A stretch of DNA of 64,000 nt, from positions 384,001 through 448,000 of the forward strand of contig CAWIKF010000002.1 of assembly GCA_963836755.1 (NCBI GenBank), read 5' to 3'. The stretch comes from an uncultured Verrucomicrobiae bacterium. GTDB lineage: Bacteria > Verrucomicrobiota > Verrucomicrobiia > Chthoniobacterales > Chthoniobacteraceae. Below the pieces are notes generated by a model, which saw only the letters and a list, made by a program, of their open reading frames with translations, searched no databases and was not told the DNA's origin. The translations under genes were made by a program, and so were the position numbers. Each line of letters begins with the position of its first letter. Position 1 is the first letter of the stretch. Of the stretch, positions 10,495 through 21,000 are shown piece by piece.

Positions 10495-12591
10495 TTACGG
10501 TGCCCGTTTGAGGTCCTCCCATCTTACCACCCACGAGCCGTCAGCCGGAAAGCCCGGTGCCGACTTATTCGGAGCTCCATCCCAACCAGCCGCCATCATC
10601 GCGACGGCATAGAGAAGTCCCCCGTTTCCCGGCAAATAGGTGCCGTTATTGATGCCTCGCCAGTCGTATTTGTCCGTTGGCGAAGTACTCAGTAACGTAT
10701 CAACAGCGAGTTGGGGCTCACCCGTCCGTGCCGCTGCCATGGCCATCCACGGAAAGTCCCATCCCCAAGTCTTGTCCCACCGCCACTCTTGCGCAACCTT
10801 GAGCACGGTCTGGCGAGCGGTTTGAGGATCGACTCCTTCGGTTGGCGGAATCGTTCCCAACATGCCTATGGGATCCGGATGGCTGTGATTGCGCTTGGTG
10901 TAGGTGTCGTGCCATTCGGGTGAAATCGTGTAGACTCCGTCCTCAACCGGTAGTGGCGCCAAATGCAGGCGGACTTCGTCCCAATGCGGATCTGGAGCGA
11001 GGCCAAGCCTCTGGCGCCACTTCTGTGCTATACCGAGAGCCCAGCGCCAGTAGGCCAGATCGAACGAAACGTTGCGCGTGAGCGGCCCCTGTTCAGACGG
11101 CGCTAGGTCCGGAAAAAGCGAGTAGGTGTGGGTTGCAGGATCCAGCGTCGCATAATCGGCCATGTTGTCGGCCGTCTCCTGCACCACGGTTTGCCACCGC
11201 AAAAGAGTTTCATGGGTCGGATGTAGTCGATAATCGAGCTCCGCAAAAAAAATCGGGTGCGGCTGTTTCCAAAGCAGCGCAATATTCCCCGACCAGGGCA
11301 GACTAATGCCGTCCGGGCCAGCGCCCTTGGGCCATTCCGCCCCTTTCATTCCGATTTGCTGGGCTCGTTTTTCGGCCGATGGGAGGAAGAGGTCATAGAC
11401 CTTAAGGGCCTTTTCGGCCATCGACCAGCGATCCCACAGTGCGTAATGCGCCAGATGCCACCAGATCATTTCCATGTGAAACCGGTTGACCCACGCGAGA
11501 CCCATGAGACCGTCTTCCGCAGGCGGGTAACTGCCGGAGGACTGTGCGGCCATATGGTATTGCGAGAGCACAATCCGCCGTTCCAGTTCAAACCAGCGCG
11601 GGTCTTTGCTGCCCGAGAGATCGATGGCTCCTCCCGATTTCCAATAGGCCGCCCAATGTTCGGCCGAGTCCCTTTCCACATCACCAAAAGAGGGAAGCGC
11701 GACAGTTATCGGGTTGGGAGAATAAGCGCACACCACCTCAAGGGTGTCTCTACCGCCCGCATCCACTGCCATGCGAAGGGGCGACTGCACCGGGTCAGGT
11801 TGCGAGCGCAAGTTGGCTCCGTCGGAACAGGCTATCTTCACATCGTAATTCGTTGCATCAATTTGACGGCGCACCTCGGCTGAATGGCCGCTGGTGAACG
11901 TGATCGCCGTCATGTGTTCGTCATTCTTTGTAAAATCGCCAACCCAAGGTCCGTTCTTCAATGTGGGGTACGGAAAATCAAGAGTGACCTCAAGTTTGCC
12001 GCTGGTGAGCAGAGGCGATTCGATGTGTACGGCGACCGCGTCGAGCGATGAATCGACGCAAGTTTTGACGCTGACCGGCGCACCGGCGAGTTTGAAGTGG
12101 GAAGCTAGCTCGCCGGACCACAAGTCTAGGGTGGCCGATAGGTCCGTGACCTCTTCCCGAGTAATATCGCGACCATCCGTCCAATGAAGGCGAAGTCGTC
12201 CGAGGTTGATCCCGTGTGGATTTGCCCTCATCCACTCGTAGAGCACCTTCTTGTCCTTAGGAAAATTGTCAGGCCCGGTTGGGCGCCCTTGCTGGAAAGT
12301 GCCCGTGTCGGGTATCTGGTCAGCAGTGATTCCAGCCGGGAGTGGAAAGGAATGCCACGCCCAATGGGCCATCGTGTTGCCACCAAAGGTCTGCAAACCC
12401 ATAACGTCCGCATTGAAGCAGAATTCGCCATTGCCCAGGGGCATCGTTCCCTTGAGGTCGGTCCAAGTGACATTGTGCCGTGAAACCAGGGCGTGCCGGT
12501 CGATGGCTGGCGCAGGGGAATCGCCCGGAGAGGAGAGCAACCCCAGCGTCATAGCAGCTAAACAAACGAATGTACGTTTGCAGACTTTCAT
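10495..12591 (-). CDS. Six-hairpin glycosidase (GH65/GH95-like), secreted
   Basis: Signal peptide, IDRHALVSRHNV, PLGNGEF, ELERRIVLSQY, FHMEMIWWH, WGWDFPWMAM, YLPGNGGLL. Confidence 0.7.
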   Translation of the reverse strand: MKVCKRTFVCLAAMTLGLLSSPGDSPAPAIDRHALVSRHNVTWTDLKGTMPLGNGEFCFNADVMGLQTFGGNTMAHWAWHSFPLPAGITADQIPDTGTFQQGRPTGPDNFPKDKKVLYEWMRANPHGINLGRLRLHWTDGRDITREEVTDLSATLDLWSGELASHFKLAGAPVSVKTCVDSSLDAVAVHIESPLLTSGKLEVTLDFPYPTLKNGPWVGDFTKNDEHMTAITFTSGHSAEVRRQIDATNYDVKIACSDGANLRSQPDPVQSPLRMAVDAGGRDTLEVVCAYSPNPITVALPSFGDVERDSAEHWAAYWKSGGAIDLSGSKDPRWFELERRIVLSQYHMAAQSSGSYPPAEDGLMGLAWVNRFHMEMIWWHLAHYALWDRWSMAEKALKVYDLFLPSAEKRAQQIGMKGAEWPKGAGPDGISLPWSGNIALLWKQPHPIFFAELDYRLHPTHETLLRWQTVVQETADNMADYATLDPATHTYSLFPDLAPSEQGPLTRNVSFDLAYWRWALGIAQKWRQRLGLAPDPHWDEVRLHLAPLPVEDGVYTISPEWHDTYTKRNHSHPDPIGMLGTIPPTEGVDPQTARQTVLKVAQEWRWDKTWGWDFPWMAMAAARTGEPQLAVDTLLSTSPTDKYDWRGINNGTYLPGNGGLLYAVAMMAAGWDGAPNKSAPGFPADGSWVVRWEDLKRAP

Positions 12592-12674
12592 CGGTTCCAA
12601 TCTTCTAATATTTTGTTTGTGAAAAGTGGCAACCTAGCGCCTATTTGTCCAACTAGTTGGCCCCTTCGTGGAAG

Positions 12675-13047
12675 CTACTCCGGCACGATTTTGATCGTAT
12701 GCTGTACCGGCAGCACCAGAGCCGCCGCCGCGTCCGCCAGCTTCTTATCCTCCGCCATTCCGTTTGCAAAATAGGCACCGGCATCCGGCGCCTTGGTCTT
12801 GATGAGGCGCATGTACATATCCCGTGCATACCATCCAGCACCACCAGGTATTTGTGTAGAACCCTGCGGTCCCCAGTGAGCCCAAATTCCAAATTTCGCA
12901 TCTTCAAATCACTCCGGCACCACGTACTGCTTCAAGGATTTTATATTGGGTTGGAAAACGATCGGGCTGGGATGGCGCGGGCTCTTGAGCCCGACAAAAC
13001 GGGACGAGAAGAAATCCTACCTTAACGGTGACAGGGATTTTGAACAT
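12675..13047 (-). pseudogene. Alpha-L-fucosidase (GH29) remnant
   Basis: SLKQYVVPE*FEDAKFGIWAHWGPQ...WYARDMY. One frameshift after the signal peptide, TGA at the conserved Trp, and the catalytic core is missing. Confidence 0.85.
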
Positions 13048-13274
13048 GGAGGAGGGCGTTAACGCAAATCATCAACGAAGTAAATTGGCACGAAGTAATT
13101 TGGCAATTGCTTTCTAGCTCATTAGTGGACGGCGCGCCAACCAGCTAAGCCACGTGCCATCGGACGTAAGGAGGGCGGCATCGTGCCCGACATGCAGCAA
13201 GATCTCTGGCAGACCGACACTCCGATGGCCATTGGTTTTACTGCCAAGGCTATAGGTTCTGGCAGCGGTGCGTT

Positions 13275-15854
13275 TCACTCCTTCTCAAGCCCCACGACAC
13301 TAAATTGATAATGGCCCGGATCGCACTGGAAGCCAATCGAGCCCGGCTGGACTTGAATCGAATGAACGCCGGAGAGGGTTCCGGTGGTCGTCGCCAGCGG
13401 CTTGCCTTCTAACAGCAACTCCGGATTCGAAGCCTGGCCTGTAGGGAGATCCACGTTGGCGTGCGTGCCGGGCGGGACGTCCAATTTGATCGACAATTGA
13501 CCCGGCTGCTTCGTCCAGTCGACCCCGATGAGGCCATGGCGGCTCGGAACCGCCCCACGGGCGAAGGACAAACCGCATAGTGTCGGAGCGATATTGATGG
13601 TATCGAAACCGGGGGAGGCCGGCGTGATGCCCAGGATCTTGCTCGACATCTGGTAGGTGGGCGAAGCGATCCAGCCGTGGCTATAGTCGCCTTTGTTCGG
13701 GCCCATTTCCCGCACTGTCTGGGTTTCGGGAACGACAACGTAATCGTGCATCCTCGTCACGGCCTCGGAATCAAAAAGGTCGCCCTGGGCCAGGGCGCTA
13801 AAGACGAAATGCATGAAAAAGGGTGTCACGTCCCAGTTCGGATTTTTCAGCATGACCCGAAGAATCGACTGCTGCTGTGCGGCGGGTGCGAGGCCGTAGA
13901 GCACCGAGAAGGCGTTGTTTTGCACGCTGAAACTTTCCATCTGCACATCCGCCGGCAGCCATTTGCAAGGCTTGACCGTCGTGACAAACGGTTTGCCATC
14001 CCGATACTGCCCGCGCGTTTCGTTCCAGAGTTCCGCTTGGTACGCCGCGGCGACCTGCTCCCGCAGCTTTGAGTATCTTTCGACCCGCGCCTGATCGCCG
14101 GTCAATTGTGCAACCCTCATGCCGTCGGCCAGGCCGCGATAAAAGAGCGCCGTTATGTACCCCTGCCCGATGACGGCGGGGGGATGATGGCAGGCGAAGG
14201 CAATCTTCGGATCCTTGTCGTCGTGAACGATAGCCCAATCCATGAACATGTAATTGGGCGCCTCGGAGATGATTCCGTTCTTGCCGAGATAGGTCGTGTA
14301 TTGATCGAGCATGGCATGGACATGGGGCGTCACTTCATCGATCACGGTGCGGTCTCCCGTGTAGTCGTAGTAATTGAGCAGGCATTGGAGCCAGTAAAAG
14401 ACGTAGCTGGTGTGGAAGGTGTGGTAATGCGCGTTTTCCATTATCCAGGCCCATTTTCGAAGGTCCTGTCGGGCCAGCCATGGATTGGTGCCCATGGTGT
14501 TGAAATTGACGAGGTCCGCGATGACGTAGTCGCCATAGTCGCTGATCGGCTCTTGGTGTTCCGGCGAGTCAAGATGATGCGTGATCATGCAGATCTGGGT
14601 GGACCAGCGGCCGCTTTTCCAAAGCGTGTTCAACGCCTCATCGCTGCATGTGAACGATCCCAGGTACTCCACCGGCTGGGAGAGAAAACCGGCGGTGACC
14701 TCGCGGATTTCCACCGGCTTAGTCGCGCCGCGCACGACGACGCGCACCGTCCCGAGCGAGAAGTAATCGCGGCTCTCAAAATATTGCAGCCCATCGCGCA
14801 GCTTCAACCAGTAGAGGCGCCCGCCTTGAGCCTCGGTCTCGTTGGAGATGAGATAAATCTCCGCACCGGCGCAACCGTCCACGGCCAGCCCGCAGCGTCC
14901 CGCCATCACCCGGCTGAAATGAACGATAAATTCCCCGTCGCCCTTCACCACAATGGGGTGTCCCGGTGTGAGCGGCTCGTTTGGGATGCTGACATCGCCC
15001 GAGATCGGTTTGACGTCGAAGACGGGATAAAAGACCTCCATCAGAGGCGGGAGTTCACTCTTCACCAGTGTCGCCTCGGGTGGAGTACCTGTCCGGCACG
15101 CGGCCCAATTGCGATCGTCAAAGCCCGGCGACTGCCAGCCCACCGGTTCCGCCGCGGCATCAAAGAGGACGACAGGCCTGCCGGGCTTGCCGGCCTTGCC
15201 GGGCGCGACATAGCGCTTTGCTTCCTCAGGCGGGAACGAATTGGCCGGCGAAAGGTACGGACAGGCGATGCCGCGCCACGTTTCGTCCGTTCCAATCACT
15301 TCCGAGGAGCCGTCGGGGTAATCAACGCGCGCTTGGAGTTGGAATCCGCCACTGCCTGCTACCTCCACCGCCAGCGTGTTTGCTCCCGACTGGAAAAGGG
15401 GCGTAAGGTCCCGCACGTTGTAGAATCGGCGGTTGCTCACGGCGAAGTCGCGCTTGATCACGGGGCCGGAGAAATCGCGTCCCGGGTCCGCCGGACCGCG
15501 GTCCGCCGCATGGCCGTTGACCCAAAGAAGGTAATTAGCTCCCGTTATCCACGCGGTGACCTTGCCAGGGGCCGCCTTGAGCGTCACGACCTTGCGGAGG
15601 CAACTGGCCAACGCACCCGGAGCCGTCGATGGGCCGATCCATTTCCCGCTCCACGACGACAAGGCCTCGGGTTCCTGCCAGGTGTACCCGGGAGCCTGCA
15701 CGCCCTCCGCGTTCGCCACGACGTGCATGCCAGCGTTCTGCACCGGCCCACGAGTGTCCGGGACCTCCCCTAGCACTGTGTTGACGGAAAGAAGCACGAG
15801 GAGGCAAAGGTTCATGCGCAAACTTGTCATGTGATCATTGACCAATAGATTCAT
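13275..15854 (-). CDS. Alpha-L-rhamnosidase (GH78 family), secreted
   Basis: YLLWVNG..RGP, GSFTCSDEALNTLW, DSPEHQE, FMDW, DYSHGW, ILGITPASPGF, ARGAVPSRHGLIGVDW. Confidence 0.85.
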   Translation of the reverse strand: MNLLVNDHMTSLRMNLCLLVLLSVNTVLGEVPDTRGPVQNAGMHVVANAEGVQAPGYTWQEPEALSSWSGKWIGPSTAPGALASCLRKVVTLKAAPGKVTAWITGANYLLWVNGHAADRGPADPGRDFSGPVIKRDFAVSNRRFYNVRDLTPLFQSGANTLAVEVAGSGGFQLQARVDYPDGSSEVIGTDETWRGIACPYLSPANSFPPEEAKRYVAPGKAGKPGRPVVLFDAAAEPVGWQSPGFDDRNWAACRTGTPPEATLVKSELPPLMEVFYPVFDVKPISGDVSIPNEPLTPGHPIVVKGDGEFIVHFSRVMAGRCGLAVDGCAGAEIYLISNETEAQGGRLYWLKLRDGLQYFESRDYFSLGTVRVVVRGATKPVEIREVTAGFLSQPVEYLGSFTCSDEALNTLWKSGRWSTQICMITHHLDSPEHQEPISDYGDYVIADLVNFNTMGTNPWLARQDLRKWAWIMENAHYHTFHTSYVFYWLQCLLNYYDYTGDRTVIDEVTPHVHAMLDQYTTYLGKNGIISEAPNYMFMDWAIVHDDKDPKIAFACHHPPAVIGQGYITALFYRGLADGMRVAQLTGDQARVERYSKLREQVAAAYQAELWNETRGQYRDGKPFVTTVKPCKWLPADVQMESFSVQNNAFSVLYGLAPAAQQQSILRVMLKNPNWDVTPFFMHFVFSALAQGDLFDSEAVTRMHDYVVVPETQTVREMGPNKGDYSHGWIASPTYQMSSKILGITPASPGFDTINIAPTLCGLSFARGAVPSRHGLIGVDWTKQPGQLSIKLDVPPGTHANVDLPTGQASNPELLLEGKPLATTTGTLSGVHSIQVQPGSIGFQCDPGHYQFSVVGLEKE

Positions 15855-15940
15855 AATTTTCTTCGCGTAGCGACTCAGGCAAATTGGTGGAAAGCGCTAT
15901 GGGAGCGAACACCCTAGCAGTCGCAGGTGCGTCATCGGCA

Positions 15941-15979
15941 TTGTTTGTAAACAAGTGTAGTAATGTGAGATAATACTAC
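15941..15979. promoter_or_regulatory. Two adjacent palindromes, candidate operator upstream of GH78
   Basis: TTGTTTGTAAACAA (15941-15954) and GTAGTA-N11-TACTAC (15957-15979). Confidence 0.35.
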
Positions 15980-16018
15980 CGCGCTTTTGTCAGCACATCC
16001 CACTCTCCCATCTTTGAA

Positions 16019-16510
16019 TTAAAGCTCCGCCTTAAGAGTGTCCCACAACGGCTCCAGGTCCTCATCCTCCAAGGCCCGCATGCGAAAGCGAGGATCAATA
16101 GCGAACGCTGTCTTTAGATAATCCTTGGCCGCTTGCATGTTTCCAAATTGGCACTCGTAACATGCCGGGTTGTAGTGAACCACTGCCACCTTCATGTGGT
16201 GTGTAGTAGCTCGCAGAGGTATCTTTCGAGCAGCTTCGATGGATTCAACACGACGTGTCGCATAGGCCCAGTGAATCCAATGCCAGTAATCCTCTGGGTG
16301 ATATTCCGCCAGCTTTTTAGCCACTGTTTGCATCAGCTCCCAGTGCTGCGTTTGCATATACAATCCAACCTTTACCGCCAATACCTCTGGAAGCTGGCGA
16401 GAGAATGGATCGATCGATTCCAACTCGTTATTGGCTTCCAAATACATCCCCAATTCGATGTATCCTTCGGCCGCGGTTAAGTGACGCAGTTCTTCAGCTT
16501 CAAGGGGCAT
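16019..16510 (-). CDS. Short TPR-repeat protein
   Basis: HLTAAEGYIELGM..EA..EL, WIHWAYATRR, YNPACYECQFG..AK.YL..A, ALEDEDLEPLW. Confidence 0.8.
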   Translation of the reverse strand: MPLEAEELRHLTAAEGYIELGMYLEANNELESIDPFSRQLPEVLAVKVGLYMQTQHWELMQTVAKKLAEYHPEDYWHWIHWAYATRRVESIEAARKIPLRATTHHMKVAVVHYNPACYECQFGNMQAAKDYLKTAFAIDPRFRMRALEDEDLEPLWDTLKAEL

Positions 16511-16517
16511 GGACGCA

Positions 16518-16889
16518 CTAGAGGTTTCTATCCATCCAATCTTTTAGATTTTCAGTAGGGTGACAATCTGGGAAATGCCGTCTTATCCACCCTTCGTCGA
16601 TCTTGTAAATCTGTAAGAACTGCGCAGGCCGTTTTTCATCCCTTCGTGCCAGTAGAAACGTTTGTCCTCGTTCGATCATCCGCAACAGGTATTTTTTCAT
16701 CCTCACGCCATCTGGATAATTTGCGTGGTAAAAATCCAAGGCGAATGAGCGGTTAGACAGTGGAACAACTGCCTCAACTCTAATTGAAGAATATGAGCAA
16801 CGATCCTCATCAAATGCATCGCCAATAAATTCGCAGGCATACCAATGTCCAGGCCGAAGAGTGAATCGTTGCACAGATTGCAACCTCAA
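16518..16889 (-). CDS. Hypothetical protein
   Basis: 123-aa ORF with protein-like composition ending 7 nt before the TPR gene start. Confidence 0.6.
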   Translation of the reverse strand: MRLQSVQRFTLRPGHWYACEFIGDAFDEDRCSYSSIRVEAVVPLSNRSFALDFYHANYPDGVRMKKYLLRMIERGQTFLLARRDEKRPAQFLQIYKIDEGWIRRHFPDCHPTENLKDWMDRNL

Positions 16890-16997
16890 GGTTCAGAAGT
16901 GAATTGTAAAATCCCCCATGTGTCCACGGGAGAAACAGCAGCCCATCGTTGACCCGCCACAACGTTCGATGGAAGGTAGCTTTCCTGCGCCTTCCCA

Positions 16998-17567
16998 ATG
17001 ATTTCAAAAATGAAGCTCCCCCTCTTCTTCGCCCTTGCCCTGTCATTCGCTCGTCTCTCACAAGCGCAGACCCAGTTCGACCAGGCTTTCCACCAAACAA
17101 CCGCTGCGCTAAACATTCAGGTTTATTTCTCCCCGCAGGGAGGATGCACAGAGGCGATCGTGCGCGAGCTAAACGCGGCGAAGAAGACGGTGCTGGTTCA
17201 AGCATACTCCTTCACCAGTGACGAGATTGCCAAGGCTCTGGTAGATGCCCACAAGCGAGGGGTCGATGTGAAGGTGATCCTGGACAAAAAGGACAACACA
17301 ACAGGCAAATATTCGGCTGCGGCGGATTTTGTCGCTCATGCCAAAATCCCGACCTGGCTTGACGGCAAGCATGCCATTGCTCATAACAAGATCATGATCA
17401 TTGATGGGGAGACGCTGATCACTGGCTCGTTTAATTTCACCAAGGCGGCGGAGCATAGTAACGCTGAAAACCTGCTCATCATGAAAAACGTGCCGGACTT
17501 GATTGCGAAGTACACAGCAAATTGGAACAAGCACCTGTCGCATTCAGAATCTTATGCGGGAAGGTGA
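16998..17567 (+). CDS. Phospholipase D superfamily Nuc-like endonuclease, secreted
   Basis: VYFSPQGG, VQAYSFTS, single HKD motif HNKIMIID, TGSFNFTKAAEHSNAEN, N-terminal signal peptide. Confidence 0.92.
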   Translation: MISKMKLPLFFALALSFARLSQAQTQFDQAFHQTTAALNIQVYFSPQGGCTEAIVRELNAAKKTVLVQAYSFTSDEIAKALVDAHKRGVDVKVILDKKDNTTGKYSAAADFVAHAKIPTWLDGKHAIAHNKIMIIDGETLITGSFNFTKAAEHSNAENLLIMKNVPDLIAKYTANWNKHLSHSESYAGR

Positions 17568-17778
17568 AGCCCGCCGCAGGGCCGAAGCAGTGGACCTCGC
17601 GAGCGCAAACTGCTCCAGAATTGTCGCAAGCCGACGACTGCCACAAAAGCCGCGCCCTACTGGAAATCTTTTTCCGGACGATCGATCCGTCATTGAATTC
17701 AATTTCGGGAAAGCCGCGAATTTTAAAAAATGTCGGCGAACCCGCTTAGATTCAAAAAAGTGTGTCTGGCATCCGCCA

Positions 17779-17912
17779 TTCAACCATGTCAGCCGCAAGC
17801 ACCTTCCGCTCGATCTCGCGAAGTTTGATTTCTTCTAACGGACGGCAAGCGCACGGTTGTGGGGCTAAAAAAGACTGGAGACAAGCCACTCACAATCAAG
17901 CCGCTTTCGTAA
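17779..17912 (+). mobile_element. IS1595-family transposase C-terminal remnant
   Basis: FNHVSRKHLPLDLAKFDF and, in another frame, TDGKRTVVGLKKTGDKPLT. Both resemble the IS1595 C-terminus (HVSxKHL..Y..EFDFR; DGERT...GKRLT). Confidence 0.6.
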
Positions 17913-18035
17913 AAAGCATTCTATTCAAAGGTGTGTGAGCGTGTGGATATTCGTTTTGCGGCGAGCGAATAGGAGGAAAATTGTGATCTGGCCATAACCG
18001 AGAAATAACAACATGATCGATCGATTTAGATTTTC

Positions 18036-21000
18036 ATGCCTCTCTTTTATGAATCTGCGTTTCGCGCCGCTTGCCGTGATCGGCCACCGGCCGAGATCAA
18101 CCGGCTGTGCCCAGACCATTTCCTGCGCTGGGATCGCCTATTTCAGGCGCTCTCGTGGCTGAGCGACGAGCAACGGTGCGATGCAATCTACGGCGATTGG
18201 CTGTGCCAGCTCGATGCGCCGGGCGGCGAAAACCAACTGCTCACGCGTAATCATCTCCTGACCGGCGGCGCGCTCGATGCCCACTTTCTGGCGGAGCTGG
18301 CGCAGAACGCGAACGACGCGGCCGACGGCAAACCGGCGGCCTTTCGCGCCAAGCTCGAAGGCGATTGGCTGCTCGTCGCGAACGACGGGCGGCGGATCAA
18401 CGAGCGCAATCTTTTCGGGCTTTCGCGCTTCTTCGTCCACCTCGGCAGCGAAACCCTTCACGCGCTAACGCAAAAAGAGATCGGCCGCTTCGGAATCGGC
18501 TTCAAGTCGTGCTACCGCATCGCGCGTGAAGTATTCATCGAGAGTTGGGATGCCGCGGGAGGCTTTGCGTTCCGACTGCCGATCGCGCGGGACGGCGATC
18601 TGGAGTCGCATGCGGAAGAGGGGCGACTGCGGCGCGTCGTCGCCGGCCTAAAGAAGGGGGGATGCAGCGTGGAGACTTCCAACGCGGAGCCACAGCGTTT
18701 CGGTTATTGCACGCCGGAGTTTCTCTCACGTCTGCCTGCGCCCGCCCGCGCTTTGGCGCAAAAGTTCGACCGCTCCGAGCGCGGCACGGTCTTTTGTCTT
18801 CACCTCAACAAAGACGGCGCCGCGGAAGTGCGAGAAATCTTCGAGCGAGAGGATGCGGCCGTGGATGAATTGACGCCACTTTTCACGCCCCATCTCCGGC
18901 GTGTGGAGATCGGTGAGGTGGTGCTGGCGCGCACGCAGGCCAGGTCGCAAGCCGATGACGCGGCGGGTAAGATTGAGGCCGTGAAGCTGACGTTGGCGCG
19001 AGAATCAGCGGGCGCTGCCACTAATCAGCGTATGTGGCGGCTGCGAGGGACGGGCGCGGACGACTGGTGGCAGATCGCTCTGGCTGCGGACTCTAAGTTT
19101 CAACTCACGCGCGCCGATGCGGAGGCCGTGGCTGGTTCTGGTCGGGAAGGCGGTGCCTTTGCCTTTTTCCGGCTGGGCGATGTGAAGTGGCCGCTGCGCT
19201 TTCATCTGCACATTGCGCTGCCGACCAATCTAAGTCGCGGTGATTGGACCGACGCCAAAGCCCTCGACGCGGAGATCGCTCGCGCGATGAATGAATTGGC
19301 CGAGTGGCTGGAAAGTCACACGGACCGCTGGCATCCGGGCTGGTCGCCGGCCGACCTGATCGAGCGAGAGCCGGAGGCGGATGAAGGGAGAGCGATCCAA
19401 GCCGTGGCATGCCTTCGCACCGCCGTGCGCTCGCGGAAACTGGTGCGCTCACTGGCGGGCGGATTTGTCACGGGAGCCGCCGCCCGGGGACTCGAGATTG
19501 TAGATCGCGAGGACGTTCGCGACGCATGGCGCCGGCTCGGCGCGCATCCGTGCATGGCGGAACTCGCGCCGCGGCTGGCCTTCGCGAATCCCGTCCTCGG
19601 TATCAAAGCCACGCGCGAAACCGCGCAGGATTGCCTGCGTATCCTCGCTGAAATTGCGGGCGAATCGGCCATCGAACATCCCGACCATGTGCAGGACGCG
19701 ATAGTTGCCGCTCTGTCCATCGAGCCCCCCTCGGCGTCCGCGATCGAGCGGGTCTTAGGGAAGGTGCAACTGCCGCGCGCGGAAGGTCGCACGATTGCCT
19801 TGAGCGAGTTGGCGAGCGCGCGCCGAAGCGCGCATCTCGCGCCTGGCTGGCATCCCTTTTTTGCAGAGCTGCTCAAATGGAACGATCGGCGCCCGGTCGT
19901 CGGCGGCACGGTCTTCGGCACGGCGCTCAGCGGGGCGCTCGATTTCGCGGAGCCGGCGTTCTACGTCGATTGGCACGAGCTGCCGGATTTTCTCTCCACC
20001 GAAGAGTCGTGGAAGCAGCGCGGTGAAGAATTCTGGAAAGATCAGCGCGCGGAATGTCCGCCACGGCACGCCGCGCGCGTCGTCACGGCCCTGCGGCTGC
20101 GGGATGCAGGCGGCCGCTGGCGCGCCATCACCGATTTCTGGCTACACGACGCCCGCGTCCCCGCGTGTTTGGATGACGTATTGAGCACTCACGCGGAAGG
20201 CGCGCGTGTTACGGCCAAGCTGCGCCGCTGGGCCTTGCTCGACGCATACGATCGGGCGGTGGCGCAACATGTCGTCAGTGATCTTCCGACAAAGCTCGCC
20301 GCACTGTTCACCAAATCCGCCGACGCCGATCCGCTCGCGATGCTCGAGGAGGGGCGTTCCGCCAACTCGCGCGCGGCACTTTCGCCCGAATGGCAAAAAG
20401 CGGTCGCCGATGCAGAGCGCGCGGCGGTCGTTTCGTTCCGCGCGACCCATCCGATTTCAGCGACCGGAAAGCAGCTTATCTCCACATTTTTGCCGGTGCC
20501 GCTGCGGTCGCTCCTGCTGAAATGCGAGGAGTTTCAACTCGCTCCCGCGTGGATGACACCATTGGCCGCGAGGGCCGTGGCGCGGCTAAATCCGAATCAG
20601 CCTCTCCCGAGGGTCGTCTTCCCCGAGACGCTGCAGAATGTGGCCAGTCGCAGCGAACTTGCCGAAGCGCTGCTTGCGCAAGCCCATCGATGGGCGGCTC
20701 AAGAACTGGCCGCGCTCGAAATCGCGGCGCTCGATGAGCTATGCCGCGACTGCAACGGGAACACGCGCATCACGCTCGCTCGCGGCAATCCCGACTTCCT
20801 GCGCAACATTCTCGCCATCCCCGCGGACGCTGCCCCGGCGCATTGCGGTGGTGGAAAATGGCAGTGGCACGGACGCCGCCATCTGCCGGCGAGCCTCGCG
20901 CGCGCACCGCGTCTCGTCGCTGCCTGCCTCACGATCGCTGACGCGAAACGGTTGATCGAAAAGCGCGGTGAAAGCATGCCGCTGGCCGAGGACGACGTCG

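Noticed and set aside
12909..12913. TGA at a conserved Trp of GH29 as evidence of stop-codon reassignment
   Set aside because: Many intact genes end in TGA and this gene has other lesions.
14106..15773. Long antisense ORFs (also 8391-9665, 56733-57629, 60970-61944)
   Set aside because: Shadows of real genes on the opposite strand in GC-rich DNA, with no motifs.
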